NCBI RefSeq assembly: GCF_006345805.1
Contig: NC_042997.1
Coordinates: forward strand, 190,092,001 to 190,156,000
Direction of reading: 5' to 3'
From: Octopus sinensis
Taxonomy: Eukaryota
Length of the DNA stretch: 64,000 nt
Shown piece by piece: positions 1 to 13,252 of this stretch (position 1 is its first letter; the number at the start of each line of letters is the position of its first letter). Under the pieces are notes generated by a model. That model did no database searches. It had not been told where the DNA came from and worked only from the letters and a program-made list of their open reading frames with translations. The position numbers and the translations under genes are program-made.

Positions 1-92
1 ATAAATTATAAACCTCGCCTCACAACATAACACAAGCATAAATAAACTGAATAATTCATGTGGCTGCAGAGACAGAAATAAGTGTCAATTTT

Positions 93-692
93 AAGGCGGC
101 GAGCTGGCAGAAACGTTAGTACGTCGGGCGGAATGCTTAGCGGTATTTGGTCTGTCATTACGTTCTGAGTTCAAATTCCGCCGAGGTTGACTTTGCCTTT
201 CATCCTTTTGGGGTCGATTAAAAAGTACCAGTTACACACTGGGGTCGATATAATCAACTTAATCCGTTTGTCTGTCCTTGTTTGTCCCCTCTGTATTTAG
301 CCCCTTGTGGGTAGGAAAGAAATAGGTATTTCGTCTGTCGCTACGTTCTGAGTTCAAATTCTGCCGAAGTCGACTTTGCCTTTCATCCTTTCGGGGTCGA
401 TAAATTAAGTACCAGTTACGCACTGGGGTCGATGTAATCGACTTAATACCTATGTCTGTCCTTGTTTGTCCTTTCTATGTTTAGCCCCTTGTGGGTAGTA
501 AAGAAATCGGTATTTCGTCTGTCTATACGTTCTGAGTTCAAATTCCGCTGTGGTTGACTTTGCCTTTCATCCTTTTGGGGTTGATTAAATAAGTAGCAGT
601 TACGCACTGGGGTCGATATAATCGACTTAATCCGTTTGTCTGTTCTTGTTTGTCCCCTTTGTGTTTAGCCCCTTGTGGGCAATAAAGAAATA
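93..692 (+). mobile_element. SINE family B, trimeric copy
   Basis: tRNA-like head (ggcggcgagctggcagaa...gagttcaaattcc) and three tandem bodies, flanked by a 19-bp TSD agaaataagtgtcaatttt (74-92, 693-711). Confidence 0.9.
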
Positions 693-1360
693 AGAAATAA
701 GTGTCAATTTTCCAATAGGTGTCAAACAAAAAACGTAACATACCACTGTAATGTACTCGCAAATAACCATACACAACGAACGCACACGCACATACTACAT
801 ACATACATACATACATACATACATACATACATACATACATACATACATACATGCATATATATATATATGCATACACACATACATACATGTGTATACACAT
901 GCACGCTGACGCACACACATGCGCACAAACAACAAACAAACACATCTCCGATAACGGACAGAGTCAAAAATTTTGAAGAGGTTGAAAGAAGCAACGAAAA
1001 TTATATTAGAAAAAAAAGTAAATGAGTGGAAATCGAACCGGTGTGTGTATTAACAAGGCATTCAAACGGAATGACTCGCCTCAGGCACAACAAAATATGA
1101 TTCAACACACGAATTCACATAAAGAATCTTGCAAACGAAATACAAAAACGAAATACAATAAGCTTTGGTGAAGCTAGCAAGACACTGAATGATACTGTGT
1201 TCTGCTGTCTAAAAATCAAAGTAGCTACTCGACAGCTCCACATCATTAAAGCATGTATCTTATCCAGACTATACTCGGAATCTCTAAATCTGGCTTTCAA
1301 GCGGATAGGACTCACAGAACATCAAGTAATACGATTTTACAAAACATGAAAAAGAAAATA

Positions 1361-1760
1361 TAAGTGGCTGTGTGGTAAGTAGCTTACTTACCAACCACAT
1401 GGTTCCGGGTTCAGTCCCACTGCGTGGCACTTTGGGAAACTGTCTTCTACTATAGCCTCGGGCCGACCAAAGCCTGGTGAGTGGATTTGGTAGACGGAAA
1501 CTGAAAGAAGCCCGTCGTATATATGTATACATATGTATGTATGTGCATATGTTTGTGTGTCTGTGTTTGTCTCCCCAACATCGCTTGACAACCGATGCTG
1601 GTGTGCTTACGTCCCCGTAAGTTAGCGGTTTTGCAAAAGAGACCGATAGAATAAGTACTAGGCTTACAAAGAATAAGTCCTGGGGTCGATTTGCTCGACT
1701 AAAGGCAGTGCTCCAGCATAGCCGCAGTCAAATGACTGAAACAAGTAAAAGAGTAAAAGC
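1361..1760 (+). mobile_element. SINE family A (tRNA-derived, internal microsatellite)
   Basis: A-box-like tggctgtgtgg, B-box-like ggttcagtccc, conserved body, tail ...cagtcaaatgactgaaacaagtaaaagag. Confidence 0.9.
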
Positions 1761-2540
1761 GTATATATTTATTTACTTGTTCGAACGTAGTGAGTGTGTG
1801 TGTGAGTGTGTAAATATATTTCATACTAAGGGAAAATTATGATTTTCAAATCCTTCCTGAGTACCTTCCCGATAAATCTAAGATATAGTTTTTCCGGCGA
1901 GAATCGAAATCTCGCCATGTCCCCCACGGACTGAAAGCCTGTCGTTTTATTCTACAACATTCACTTTTTCATAAACAGAACAAATATTGACTTATTGCAT
2001 CATATATAAAATACATACTTTATAAATCAAATGCATTCCATTACATACATACATACATACACATATTTATATAATATATATATATATATCTAAGTTTATA
2101 TATGTGTATATATATATATGTATATATATATGCATATATATTTTGGTATGCGTCTGCGTATGTGTATATGTATGCATGCATAAGCATATACATCAGTATG
2201 TGTATGTATGTATAAGATTTGGAGAGCGTGCGCCTATATACATCCCCGGTGATATGATCGCCTATATAATGTGTTTGTATAGTGACACTAAATTTCTTAC
2301 ATGGACAAAGTTTCTGTGTACATAGGCACACAGTCTGCGTGTAAATACATACATTTGTATGAGAATGATTTACGTGTGTGTATCGGTGAGAGTGTACATG
2401 TGTTTGCGTACATAAAGTATATGCAGAGGTATACATAGATAATCTCCCTGTATAATCTCTTTTTCACTTCTCTCTTCCTATATATATATACATATGTGTG
2501 TGTGTGTGTGTATACGTATATATATATAAATATATATATA

Positions 2541-2589
<49 letters not shown>

Positions 2590-2622
2590 GCATATATATA
2601 TATATGTATGTATATATATATG

Positions 2623-2670
<48 letters not shown>

Positions 2671-2896
2671 GATATATGTATATATATGTATGTATATATG
2701 TATATATATAGAGAGAGAGGGAGGAGAGGAGAGAGGAGAGAGAGAGGGGTGAGATAAATAGATAGCTAAATACATAGATATACATACATACATATATGTG
2801 TAGGGCGGTGTATGAAACTATAGATATATAGATATGTATGCACCCAAACACATTCACATACATACATATATATAATAAACACGCACACAAACACGA

Positions 2897-2931
<35 letters not shown>

Positions 2932-3652
2932 CACACATGCATGTAGATTCATATGCGTGTCTTAGGTTGTATGTGTGTATATATATGTTCATAAAGATTA
3001 TGGTTGATGTCACGTTAACATGCTGAGTGAAAGCGTCATTAAAATGTCTACGTAAAAAATACTTCACACTAAATCTTTGTCTATTAAATTTATCGTTGAA
3101 ATCCTCCACTTATTTTACTTTTGCGTGGATAGTGTAGCGTTTTAATTTATATATATATATAAAAAAAAAACTAACAAACAAACAACAATCCTGTTGAAAA
3201 CTATATTTTTATGGTTTAATATATTTTGTATATAAAAAACTTGCTCATAAAACTAAAATCAAATCGAATTCCCATTTCAAAAATTAAAGTGGGGCACTAA
3301 ATTATTATCATAACAACATTAGTTCAAAGACGAAAGTGTATTACCTTAGGTGAATTGCTCATAATGTTCATCAAAGGAACAAAACATAACACACACACAA
3401 GAAAAAGCACTATAGCAGCAAAAATACATGTAAACACGCTTACACACACACACACACATACACACACCCACACACACACCCACACACACACGTACACACA
3501 CAAACCCACATTTATATATACATGTATGTATGTATGTATGTATGTATGTATAACACTGGATAAAAAATGCAGAGTAAAGTGTTAGGCCTGATAAAACAAC
3601 ATAAGCATTAAGCAAGTGGGCTGAGGTTTCGCGCTTGCTCTTTTCTTAGTCC

Positions 3653-3677
3653 CTATCTATCTATCTATCTATCTTTC

Positions 3678-3739
<62 letters not shown>

Positions 3740-3773
3740 GTCTGTATATCTGTCTGTCTATCTACCTATCTAT

Positions 3774-3852
<79 letters not shown>

Positions 3853-3863
3853 AATGTCTGTCA

Positions 3864-3894
<31 letters not shown>

Positions 3895-3895
3895 C

Positions 3896-3975
<80 letters not shown>
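3653..3975. repeat. (TATC)n/(TGTC)n microsatellite
   Basis: Directly visible. Confidence 0.95.
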
Positions 3976-4160
3976 ATGCCAACTCCATCATAGGCCAGCT
4001 CCGCAAAGAGAAGTTGACGGATGAGGTGCGTTTGAAGATATACGTATAATGTGTCCTGATTAGCAGAGGCGGTATTGTACCATGGTGGCTTCAATACTGG
4101 GCTGTCCAACCGGAGCAGATACTCTTCATTTGTATTGCAGTCTTTCCATCGATTCTCTAC
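3975..4160 (+). mobile_element. Degenerate RTE-clade LINE C-terminal fragment
   Basis: [26 protein letters not shown] resembles RTE AxxAFGRLRK..L...KLKVYRACVL. The downstream part is frameshifted. Confidence 0.4.
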
Positions 4161-4726
4161 GAGGAAGATTCTTCTGAATCTCCTTCATCATCAGACGAAG
4201 TAGACAATGATGATGATGATGATGATGATGTCGACGACGATGGTATGTTGCTCCGTGAAAGTAAGATCAACAAAAGAAGTACATCATCTGGGGAGAGATA
4301 AAGATTATTTAATAATCACGGTATATATAGTGGTGCCCCAGCATGCCCACAGCTCATGAGCTGAAACTAGATAAAATAGAAAAAAATAAAATAAAAATAT
4401 TTTTTTTATGCGCTGGTTTCAGACGATGAAAGCAACTCAGAGAGCAGTTTATAACGCGTCTGGTGTCTTCACGTAAATCCCCAAGCTCTGCCTACATGGT
4501 ATTACAAGCTAAAACGGGAAGACAGAATAAGAGGAAACGCAAGAAGATTCGAAAAGAAAGTAGATGTAAAAGTTGTAAGGTTGAAAACACTGCAAAAGAA
4601 AAGAGAAAAGAAAAAAAGTGCGCAGATTAGAATTATATTCCACTTAGTCGTAAAGTCATAAGGTTGGATTGATAGGGGTCTAGAGTATGCGCTATATATA
4701 TAATATATATATATTATATATATATA

Positions 4727-4759
<33 letters not shown>

Positions 4760-5962
4760 CATGTCTGTTCATTCCGGTGATGTTCTGCTAATTATATGAA
4801 CTGATATGATATGATCATGTATTGAAACTCTTCCAGCGTGGCAGATACATATTAGCAACTAAGAAGTGTCAAACACTATTATTTTCATATTTCCTTTTTC
4901 GATTTGGTTTGCAAGATTCTTTAAATATGAGTTCGTGTGTTGACGCATATTCTGTTGTGTCTGGGAAGAGTCATTTTAAAAATAAGAAATAAGTGGAAAT
5001 TTTACCGTTAAGTGTGTTAAATTATAAAGTTCAAAAGTAAATGTCTCTCACCAGACAAAACAGACTATTATTTTCACTTAACTCTAAAACATCAGCCATT
5101 ATCAACTGTTTCAAAAATTTTCCATGGATTCGCCCGAGCGCCTATTTCATGAAATGTTGCCTCAGCGTAAGCGGCCCTTATCGACTGGAGATCTGAAATT
5201 GCAAATGAAAGATTTATACAGCAGTGGATGAAGATTTACCCGATTTTACTTAATCTTATAAGATAGATGATCATGATCATCATCATAATGACGCCGACGA
5301 CGACGATGATGATGAAGATGATGATGATGATGATGATCCACTTAGCACGGAAGAAAGTGATGTTTTAACTTCATCAGAGTGGAAATAGTTCGCAGATTTT
5401 ACTTCATTTGTACATTTGTTTCACTACAACAATCACAAATTAATGGCTCAATAATCTAATTGGCAAAAGATCACGTTTAATTTTATCGCATTTTTTTCTA
5501 AGTTATGTAGAGACAAAAATTGTAACAATCTTAGTTTTCCTCTTAATCAACTAAATCTAAATTCTTGTAAGGAATTCCATTCGACATGCTGACATCAAAA
5601 CAGATTTTCGTTAGAAAAATTTTGTATTCTCATGGGTTCGTTTTGAAATTATTTAATAACTTCAAAATTCTCCAAAAGTATTTGAAATTTCCTTGAAAGT
5701 TATTTTAAAACGTTCGCCCCTAATCTGAAAATGGAAATTATTCTAAAGCACAAATATTTCTTTGTGAATAAACTTTTGATAAGCTTGCTTACCTTTTTCC
5801 GTCGCGTGTGGATTCAACGTTTCCTCTCAGCATTTACCATATATCTATGCATAATTGCATACACACACAGAGACACACACATACATACATACTTATATAT
5901 ATATGTGTGTGTGTGTGCATATATATACACAGGTACACACTCATATATATATATTCATATAT

Positions 5963-6013
<51 letters not shown>

Positions 6014-7486
6014 GATATATATATATATATATACACATGTATATATAACGTGTGTGTGCGTTTACGTATTCACGCATGCATATAATTTAATTGTTTTTCT
6101 TCTTACTTAATATACATCTTTCTTTTACTTTTTGTTGACAACGTCGAAAAGTATGAAACCAGTACTAACAGTTACAAAATGTATTTCATGATAAAATTAT
6201 TTTAGCATTTTCTACCTTGTCTTATTTTCCTTATACATATCAACTTGTGTGTTAGTTTTCAACCTTCTATACACGCACGCACACACGCACATACACACAC
6301 ACACGCACGCACACATATGCACACACACACATACACAAACACATATGTTTAAATTAAGCAGGAAATGGGGAAATCTTCAATAGGAACAATTGACTACCAT
6401 CGATTATTATTTTTTAATACCAGATTTTATCCCATCTAGCACCCGTTTCTGCCTCCAATGTCCCACAGTGTTGTCAAAGAAAATTCTCAGAATAATATTC
6501 TTCATATTTTATAACACATTCGATCTGGAACATGGAACTTCATCAGAATGAAGAAAAATTTATAAAATAAAGAAAAAGAGCATCGAGAGGAGGAATGAAG
6601 GCTTAATATATTTGAATCATACCATTTCGCAGGGTAACTTTTCAGGCCTTTGAGTAAGAGACTAAACTAGAAAATTAATTGGTGGTTATATCTTTCTGTG
6701 AGGATAACAGGATGTATAAATAATGAAAAGTAAAATAAGTACTTCAGTATAACGGGATACGCCAATAGGTCTAGAAAAAGACGGAGTGATAGTGCCATAA
6801 CGTTTAGAAGTAATCATTATAGTTCTTAAGATTACGTAAATAGTACTAAATATTTATCCAAATAATATGCCCATAAATTAATTACATTTATTTACTTACT
6901 GATATATTGCAAAGACCGACCACCTATAGTCCGTAATGGGATTGGCCAAAGTCCAGCCATCAATATAAATGGTCAGTTAAATTTAAAACCGAGGCTGTAT
7001 CCTATGAGCGTAATATGCTTGCATATGTATGCCCAGGGTTAACATAGGTAATTTATACCGGTAGGAAAATGGATATTCTTATCCCCTACACGAATATTCC
7101 AACTACTATCTCTACTAAACTATATGACATACCTTGTCCACTACTTACTTATCTTCTATTCTGTATATATTACACTTTAATAAATATATATACAGATTAT
7201 AGAAATAAGTATTAAAATGAATACTACCGGTAAAATGGAGAAAATTAAGATTGACCCATCCCTAAAAGACATTCCTATCCATCCTAAGAACATCTGTCAT
7301 AAAGAACTCATATCAGTGATTTTACCCATAGAATACGTTGAAAAACCCACTACTACGACAGGAAACATGAGCCATCTTACTCTGACACCAATACCAACGC
7401 CAACACCAACAGCAACACCAGGTAATGGTGCCTTAATATTGGTTTATCTGGGATCTTGGATAACAGGAAATCAAGATGTTTCTTGA

Positions 7487-8390
7487 AAATATCTACCCCT
7501 ACTCCATGGAGATTCCTGAGATGCTTTGGCAAGTCATTAAATAACTGTGGGCTCTTGAATCACAGGATATTGCAGTATATGATCCTAACCTTAGATGGGA
7601 CAGCTGGGACTTATGGAATAGTGCAGTGAGGTCCAATTCAGGGTCTAGTATAAATCTCAATTCCCAAGTTTGGGGTCAGCCCCTTCAGTATCTTCCACAC
7701 ATATTTCACTGCACACCTGTCCCATCTTCGCTCTAGGGAGTAGTGTCGTAGCTCTTTTAGTTTCTCCCAGTAGCGCAGCTGTTCCATTGATGCAATCTTC
7801 CTTGTGTAGCATCGCTGAACCTTCTCAAGTTCCGCTATCAATCCGGCACTGTAAAGTGACCACAACCGAGAACAGTAGTCCAGACAGATGGGGACAAATA
7901 TCCTTCATAGGACCAGCATAGTTTCCTAGTCCCTTGTTCTGAAGGTTCTCAGAATCCATTCGGCCATTCACCGTCACACTGCCATCATGTTGGTGATATG
8001 TATGTGAGACGAGGCATCGTTGCTCATATCAATCCCAAGATCACGCACCGTATGTTATTCTGGAATTGCAGCTTCTTTTGATCCAGAATATCATTGTTGC
8101 GACTTTTGAGCATCACTTAGCTGGTAGCGGAGGGCTTGGAATTTGCTTGCATTAAATTGCATGTTGCTGCACTCAGCCCATTTATATATGGCTTCTAGGT
8201 CTTTCTGTAGAAGATTACCATCAGAAGGTTCCTTGACTGCTTGCACTACTTTTGTGTTGTCGGCATAGCTAGTAAGTGTGGCTATCTGGTTAACTGATGG
8301 CACGTCTGAAAGAGTCACCATGAGCAGCAGCCCCCCTAATACAGTTTCCTCAGACACTGCACACTCTATTACTGCCTCCTTGGAGACAGT
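7487..8390 (-). mobile_element. CR1-type LINE RT fragment, related to the 28.5 kb copy
   Basis: TVLGGLL, SYADNTK, MQFNASKF, LEKVQRCYTRKI, HYSLERR motifs with stops and frameshifts. Confidence 0.88.
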
Positions 8391-8464
8391 AATATATATA
8401 TAAGTGAGTGTGTTAAACTAAGTGGTATATACAGGTGCTTACAACTATCAAGTATTTACCCTGA

Positions 8465-8536
<72 letters not shown>

Positions 8537-9915
8537 TTGTGTGTGTGTGTATGTATGTATGTGTATGTAGGTATGTATATATATATATATATATATATAC
8601 ATACCTTCATACATACATACGTATATACATATTTATACATACGTCCATACTTATATACCTGCGTGCATACAGTTTTACATTCGTGTGTTTTACAAGATGG
8701 ATGCAATTATGTGTCGCTTGAAAATTTATTTCCTGCATTTAGAATCACGCAGATTTTTCCTAGATGACTAATTAGAACGAGCCATCATAGATTGGCTACA
8801 AGATTTTGATAACGCCTAGGTGATAATGAACGAGTTTTGGAAAAGAATATGATAAAATCTTTCCTGCCGACAACAGTATTTTGCCAAATGGAGAATGAAA
8901 GGGAAAATTATTTAATTGAGCATAAAGCTAGGAATAAATTTCCATGAAATTCTATCAAGTAAGTAAAGTAGATGCCTTAAACAAGACTAAATTTGTATTC
9001 AAATCCTAAAATACGTAACTCGTCTAGTTATATGCTAACCACTCTACAATAGTCCGTTAGTGCTAAGCGATCAACAAGAAAGATAGTTCCATCTACTGAC
9101 GTCAGCGCGTCACGTGCACAGTGGCGCCATCACTGCAAGTTCGTTTTGCTGATATATACTTTCTATCATTTTTCATCACCAAATTTTACTTTATTTCATT
9201 TTATTTTAATTTCTTTTTCTTTAATTATTATTTCTTACTACCCTCAAAAGACGTCTTCACAGAATCAAGAATCAAAAAAATAAAATAAAATAAATCATAA
9301 CAACACAAAACAAATAATAATAAGAATAATTCAGCAAAGTTGCTTCAATGTTCTTCTGTTATCAAGTTCTATGTGTGTGTATATAAATATATATTTATTC
9401 ATATATGTATGTGCATGTATATATATGCACGCACGCACAAACACACACATATGAACAAGCGTGCGTACACAAACACACACACCCTAACGCACATACTCAC
9501 ACATATGCAAAGACACGGGGGCAAACAGACGCATACACATACAAATTCTCCCCCCTTCTTTCTCTCTCACATATACATATGTACACACTTCTGTATGTGC
9601 TATTTCCTTCCAAGAGTGTCCGTCTCTTCACTTTCTGTCAGAATATATCAACCGAAATAAAGTTACGTTAGTACACATTTCCATAAGTGTTAGAGAACGT
9701 AATCGAAAATTAAGCATGTGGATACGAAAGAATCCTTTAATCGTATGCTCCAATTATACGGGTTTCTAGAATTGGCACAGTCCACCATAATACAACTGTT
9801 TGTGGTGTGTTGGTTAGCAAATATGAGGATCATTCTTTGTGTGGGATCATGTCTATTCATTACACACACATAGATACACGCACATGCACAGAAGCACACA
9901 CACACATTATATCTG

Positions 9916-9961
<46 letters not shown>

Positions 9962-9972
9962 GCTGTGTGTGC

Positions 9973-10019
<47 letters not shown>

Positions 10020-10037
10020 CATACATATATATATATA

Positions 10038-10410
10038 TGGTGGAGGCGCAATGGCCCACTGGTTAGGTGGACGGAAACTGAAAGAAGCCCATCGTATGAA
10101 TATGTGTATGCGTGTGTGTGTACGTGCGTGTCTGTATATATATTTGTGTGTGTGTGCGTGTATATATATGTGTGTGTGTGTCTTTGTGTCTGTGTTTGTC
10201 CAGCTATTATCGCTAGAAAACCGATGTTTGTGCCTTTACGTCCCCGTAACTTAGCGGTTCGGCAAAAGGCACCGATAGAACAAGAACTAGGCTAACAAAG
10301 AATAAGTCCTGGGGTAAATATGTTCGCTCAAAAGGAACACTTTAAGGCGGTGCTCCAGCATGGCCTGATCACAGTAAGATGACTGAAACAAGTAAATGAA
10401 TAAAAGAATG
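10038..10410 (+). mobile_element. Chimeric SINE: family C head joined to family A body
   Basis: ggtggaggcgcaatggcccactggttagg is fused directly to gacggaaactgaaagaagccc. Confidence 0.7.
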
Positions 10411-10666
10411 TATGCATGCATGTATATTTATGTATACACTCACGCATGCGTATATCGTGTATGGCAGTGACACCTTACTTAGTATGCCAGCAGCACAATA
10501 ATTTGACGAATACTTGTATCTTGAAATGACTCAGACTATTGAAGACGAAGCGCAAAGTTTGAATTTCAATATTCTCTAAAGTGCATTTGTATTAGTTTGA
10601 AATATCTTTTGAATTTGTGCTAAAAAAACAAGTTTATGTACATAGAATACTATATGTTACTATATA

Positions 10667-10899
10667 TAGGCGGCGAGCTGGCAGAAACGTTAGCAAACCG
10701 GGCGAAATGCTTAGCGGTATTTCGTCTGCCGCTACGTTCTGAGTTCAAATTCCGCCGAGCTCGACTTTGCCTTTCATCCTTTCGGGATCGATAAATTAAG
10801 TACCAGTTACACACTGGGTTCGATGTAATCGACTTAATCCCTAAATCTGTCTCTGTTTGTCCCCTCTATGTTTAGCCCCTTGTGGGCAATAAGGAAATA
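10667..10899 (+). mobile_element. SINE family B monomer
   Basis: Full head, body and tail. 18-bp duplication agaatactatatgttact at 10644-10661 and 10900-10917. Confidence 0.9.
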
Positions 10900-11479
10900 A
10901 GAATACTATATGTTACTTGAATATATTTTGTGATAGATTAGCGATGCAGTTAATTAGAATTCGATATATATGGATATGTGGATGTGTAATTGCTAATTTT
11001 AAAAAAAATTTGATTACAAATATTTCATATATTCAACCTCATATTTAATGTAAGTATATGCGATACTGCGTGTAGAGCAAATCTGATAATTTCTACAAGC
11101 ATTTCTATAAGTATAACATCATTAGGCAAATTGTTTGCATACACATACGTAAGTGTATATATACATACACACATACGTACATACATACATACATACATAC
11201 ATACATACATACATACATACATACATACATACATACATACATACATACATACATGCATACATACATAAGTACGTACATAGTCGACCAACGAGATCCAGTG
11301 ATAGTCAGTATAGCAGACATTTAGTAGTGCTCAAAAGGTTCAAACTGAGACTCCAATGTCTTTACAGGGCATCAGTTCCAGGAGGAAAAGAATGGCTATA
11401 AGAGGGATGAAGTTGAGGGGATACAGAGGCAATTTAGATATATTAAATATATTAAATTTTTATAAGCAAGTTAGATACA

Positions 11480-11900
11480 CTAAATATATTAAATGTATTA
11501 AATATAATAGTTTGGGTATGAAATACAAAATATGCATATTTGTATATATGCAAAATAAGCGACAGCAAAAAGTGGAGACTTTGAGATGATGAATTTTTAA
11601 TCATAAATATATAGATATTTATATTAATAGGTCCAACTTACACAGAGTATAAACAACAAGCAGAATTAAAGGGGTGGAAGAAAACTATTGGATTTATACC
11701 ACCTTTCTTCCACCCCTTTAGTTTTCTCAGTCGTTTAATCCTCTGTGTAAGACGGATCTATTAATATAAATATCTTTATATTTATACTTAGAAACTCATC
11801 ATCTGAAAGTCTCTACCTGCTTTCTCTCATTTTGCATGTATACATATATACACATTCTGTATTTCATTTTCAAACTATTATATTTACTATATTTAATGTA
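11480..11900. repeat. Foldback element (~200-bp imperfect arms, ~20-nt loop)
   Basis: Nested pairings taaaggggtggaagaaa/tttcttccaccccttta, cttacacagag/ctctgtgtaag, agatatttatattaatag/ctattaatataaatatct, gagactttgagatgatga/tcatcatctgaaagtctc. Confidence 0.85.
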
Positions 11901-12318
11901 ATTTATTTATCCGCATACTTGGCTCTACATACATATGTACATAAATACACACATACATACATACATACATACATACATACATACATACATACATACATAC
12001 ATACATACATACATACATACATACACACAAACAGAAAAATACCATGTTGTTGATGTTGGAATTCCAATGAAGGAACCTTGGATCTAGGTTAGAAACCGGC
12101 TCTTTCTCTATTGGCAAAAAACCTTGAAATAAAATGAATAAGGACATGGAGACATTTATATATATATATCTACATATATACATACATATGTATATATATA
12201 CATACATATATATACACATACATACACACACATATATATATACACTTATATATATATATATAAATCATGCATGATTTATATATATCAATATTGAAATATA
12301 TATCAATATTGAAATTCA

Positions 12319-12359
<41 letters not shown>

Positions 12360-12806
12360 GCATGATTTTGTGCCCCAGTATGGCCTGACAATTAGGGAGC
12401 TGGTTTCTTTATGCCCGCATAACGCAGCGCTTTGGTAACAGAGTTTGATAGAATAAGCACCAGAAAAGTAGTTCGGTCGAATAGTTCCATTAAACTTTTC
12501 AGGGTGGTTCTCTAGTACTGCTGCAGTCCAATGACAAACCCAAGTACAACATTAAAAGGATTTTCATCCTTCACGAAGAAGAACGAAATGCCGCAAAGCA
12601 TTTGGTCCAGCGTGCAAACGATTCTGCCAGCCCACCGCTTTTAGCTATTAATTAATGATATAGCATAATGTACTATTTGATCTGGTGTAAATAAACTCTT
12701 CAGGAGATGAATGAGTGACCATGGAGAATTATTAAGTAGTAATAGTGCTTAATGTGTTTGTCTAAATATCGATTTAAAGGTAGGTAAATTATGGAAAAGT
12801 AAATAT

Positions 12807-12973
12807 AGGCGTAGGAGTGGCTGTGTGGTAGGTAGATTGCTTATCAACCACATGGTTCCACATTCAGTCCCACTGCGTGGCACCTTGGGCAAGTGTCTTC
12901 TACGATAGCCTGGGGCCGACCAAAGCCATCTGAGTGGATTTGGTAGACGGAAACTGAAAGAAGCCCGTCGTAC

Positions 12974-13029
<56 letters not shown>

Positions 13030-13252
13030 ATGTGTTTGTATGTCTGTGTTTGTCCCCACAACATCGCTTGACAACCAATGCTGGTGTGTTTACGTGCCCG
13101 TAACTTAGCGGTTCGACAAAGGGGATCGATAGAATAAGTACTGGTCTTACAAAGAATAAGTCTTGATGTCGATTTGCTCGACTAAAGGCGGTGCTCCAGC
13201 ATGGCCGCAGTCAAATGACTGAAACAAGTAAAAGAGTAAAGATTAAAGAGTA
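12807..13252 (+). mobile_element. SINE family A
   Basis: Full-length match to the other copies. Confidence 0.9.

Noticed and set aside
93-692. Regular repeats suggestive of a CRISPR array or tRNA genes
   Set aside because: The units are ~180-200-bp SINE bodies without unique spacers, and the heads lack a full cloverleaf. The context is eukaryotic.
1284-1591. Recurrent ORFs such as RRASFSFRLPNPLTRLWSARG and [16 protein letters not shown]
   Set aside because: They are antisense readings of SINE family A, repeated at each copy.
5085-5390. Acidic reading ending DDPLSTEESDVLTSSEWK*, with AIINCFK and VDEDL
   Set aside because: Interrupted by stops and built on a (GAT)n tract. Possibly a pogo/Tigger remnant, but too weak to call.
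7217-7486. 89-aa non-repetitive ORF
   Set aside because: No recognisable domain or splice support; it abuts a LINE fragment and is probably a TE remnant.
12040-12150. CCAATGA...GAAACCGG hammerhead look-alike
   Set aside because: The core deviates at several positions and has no UH triplet or stem I.
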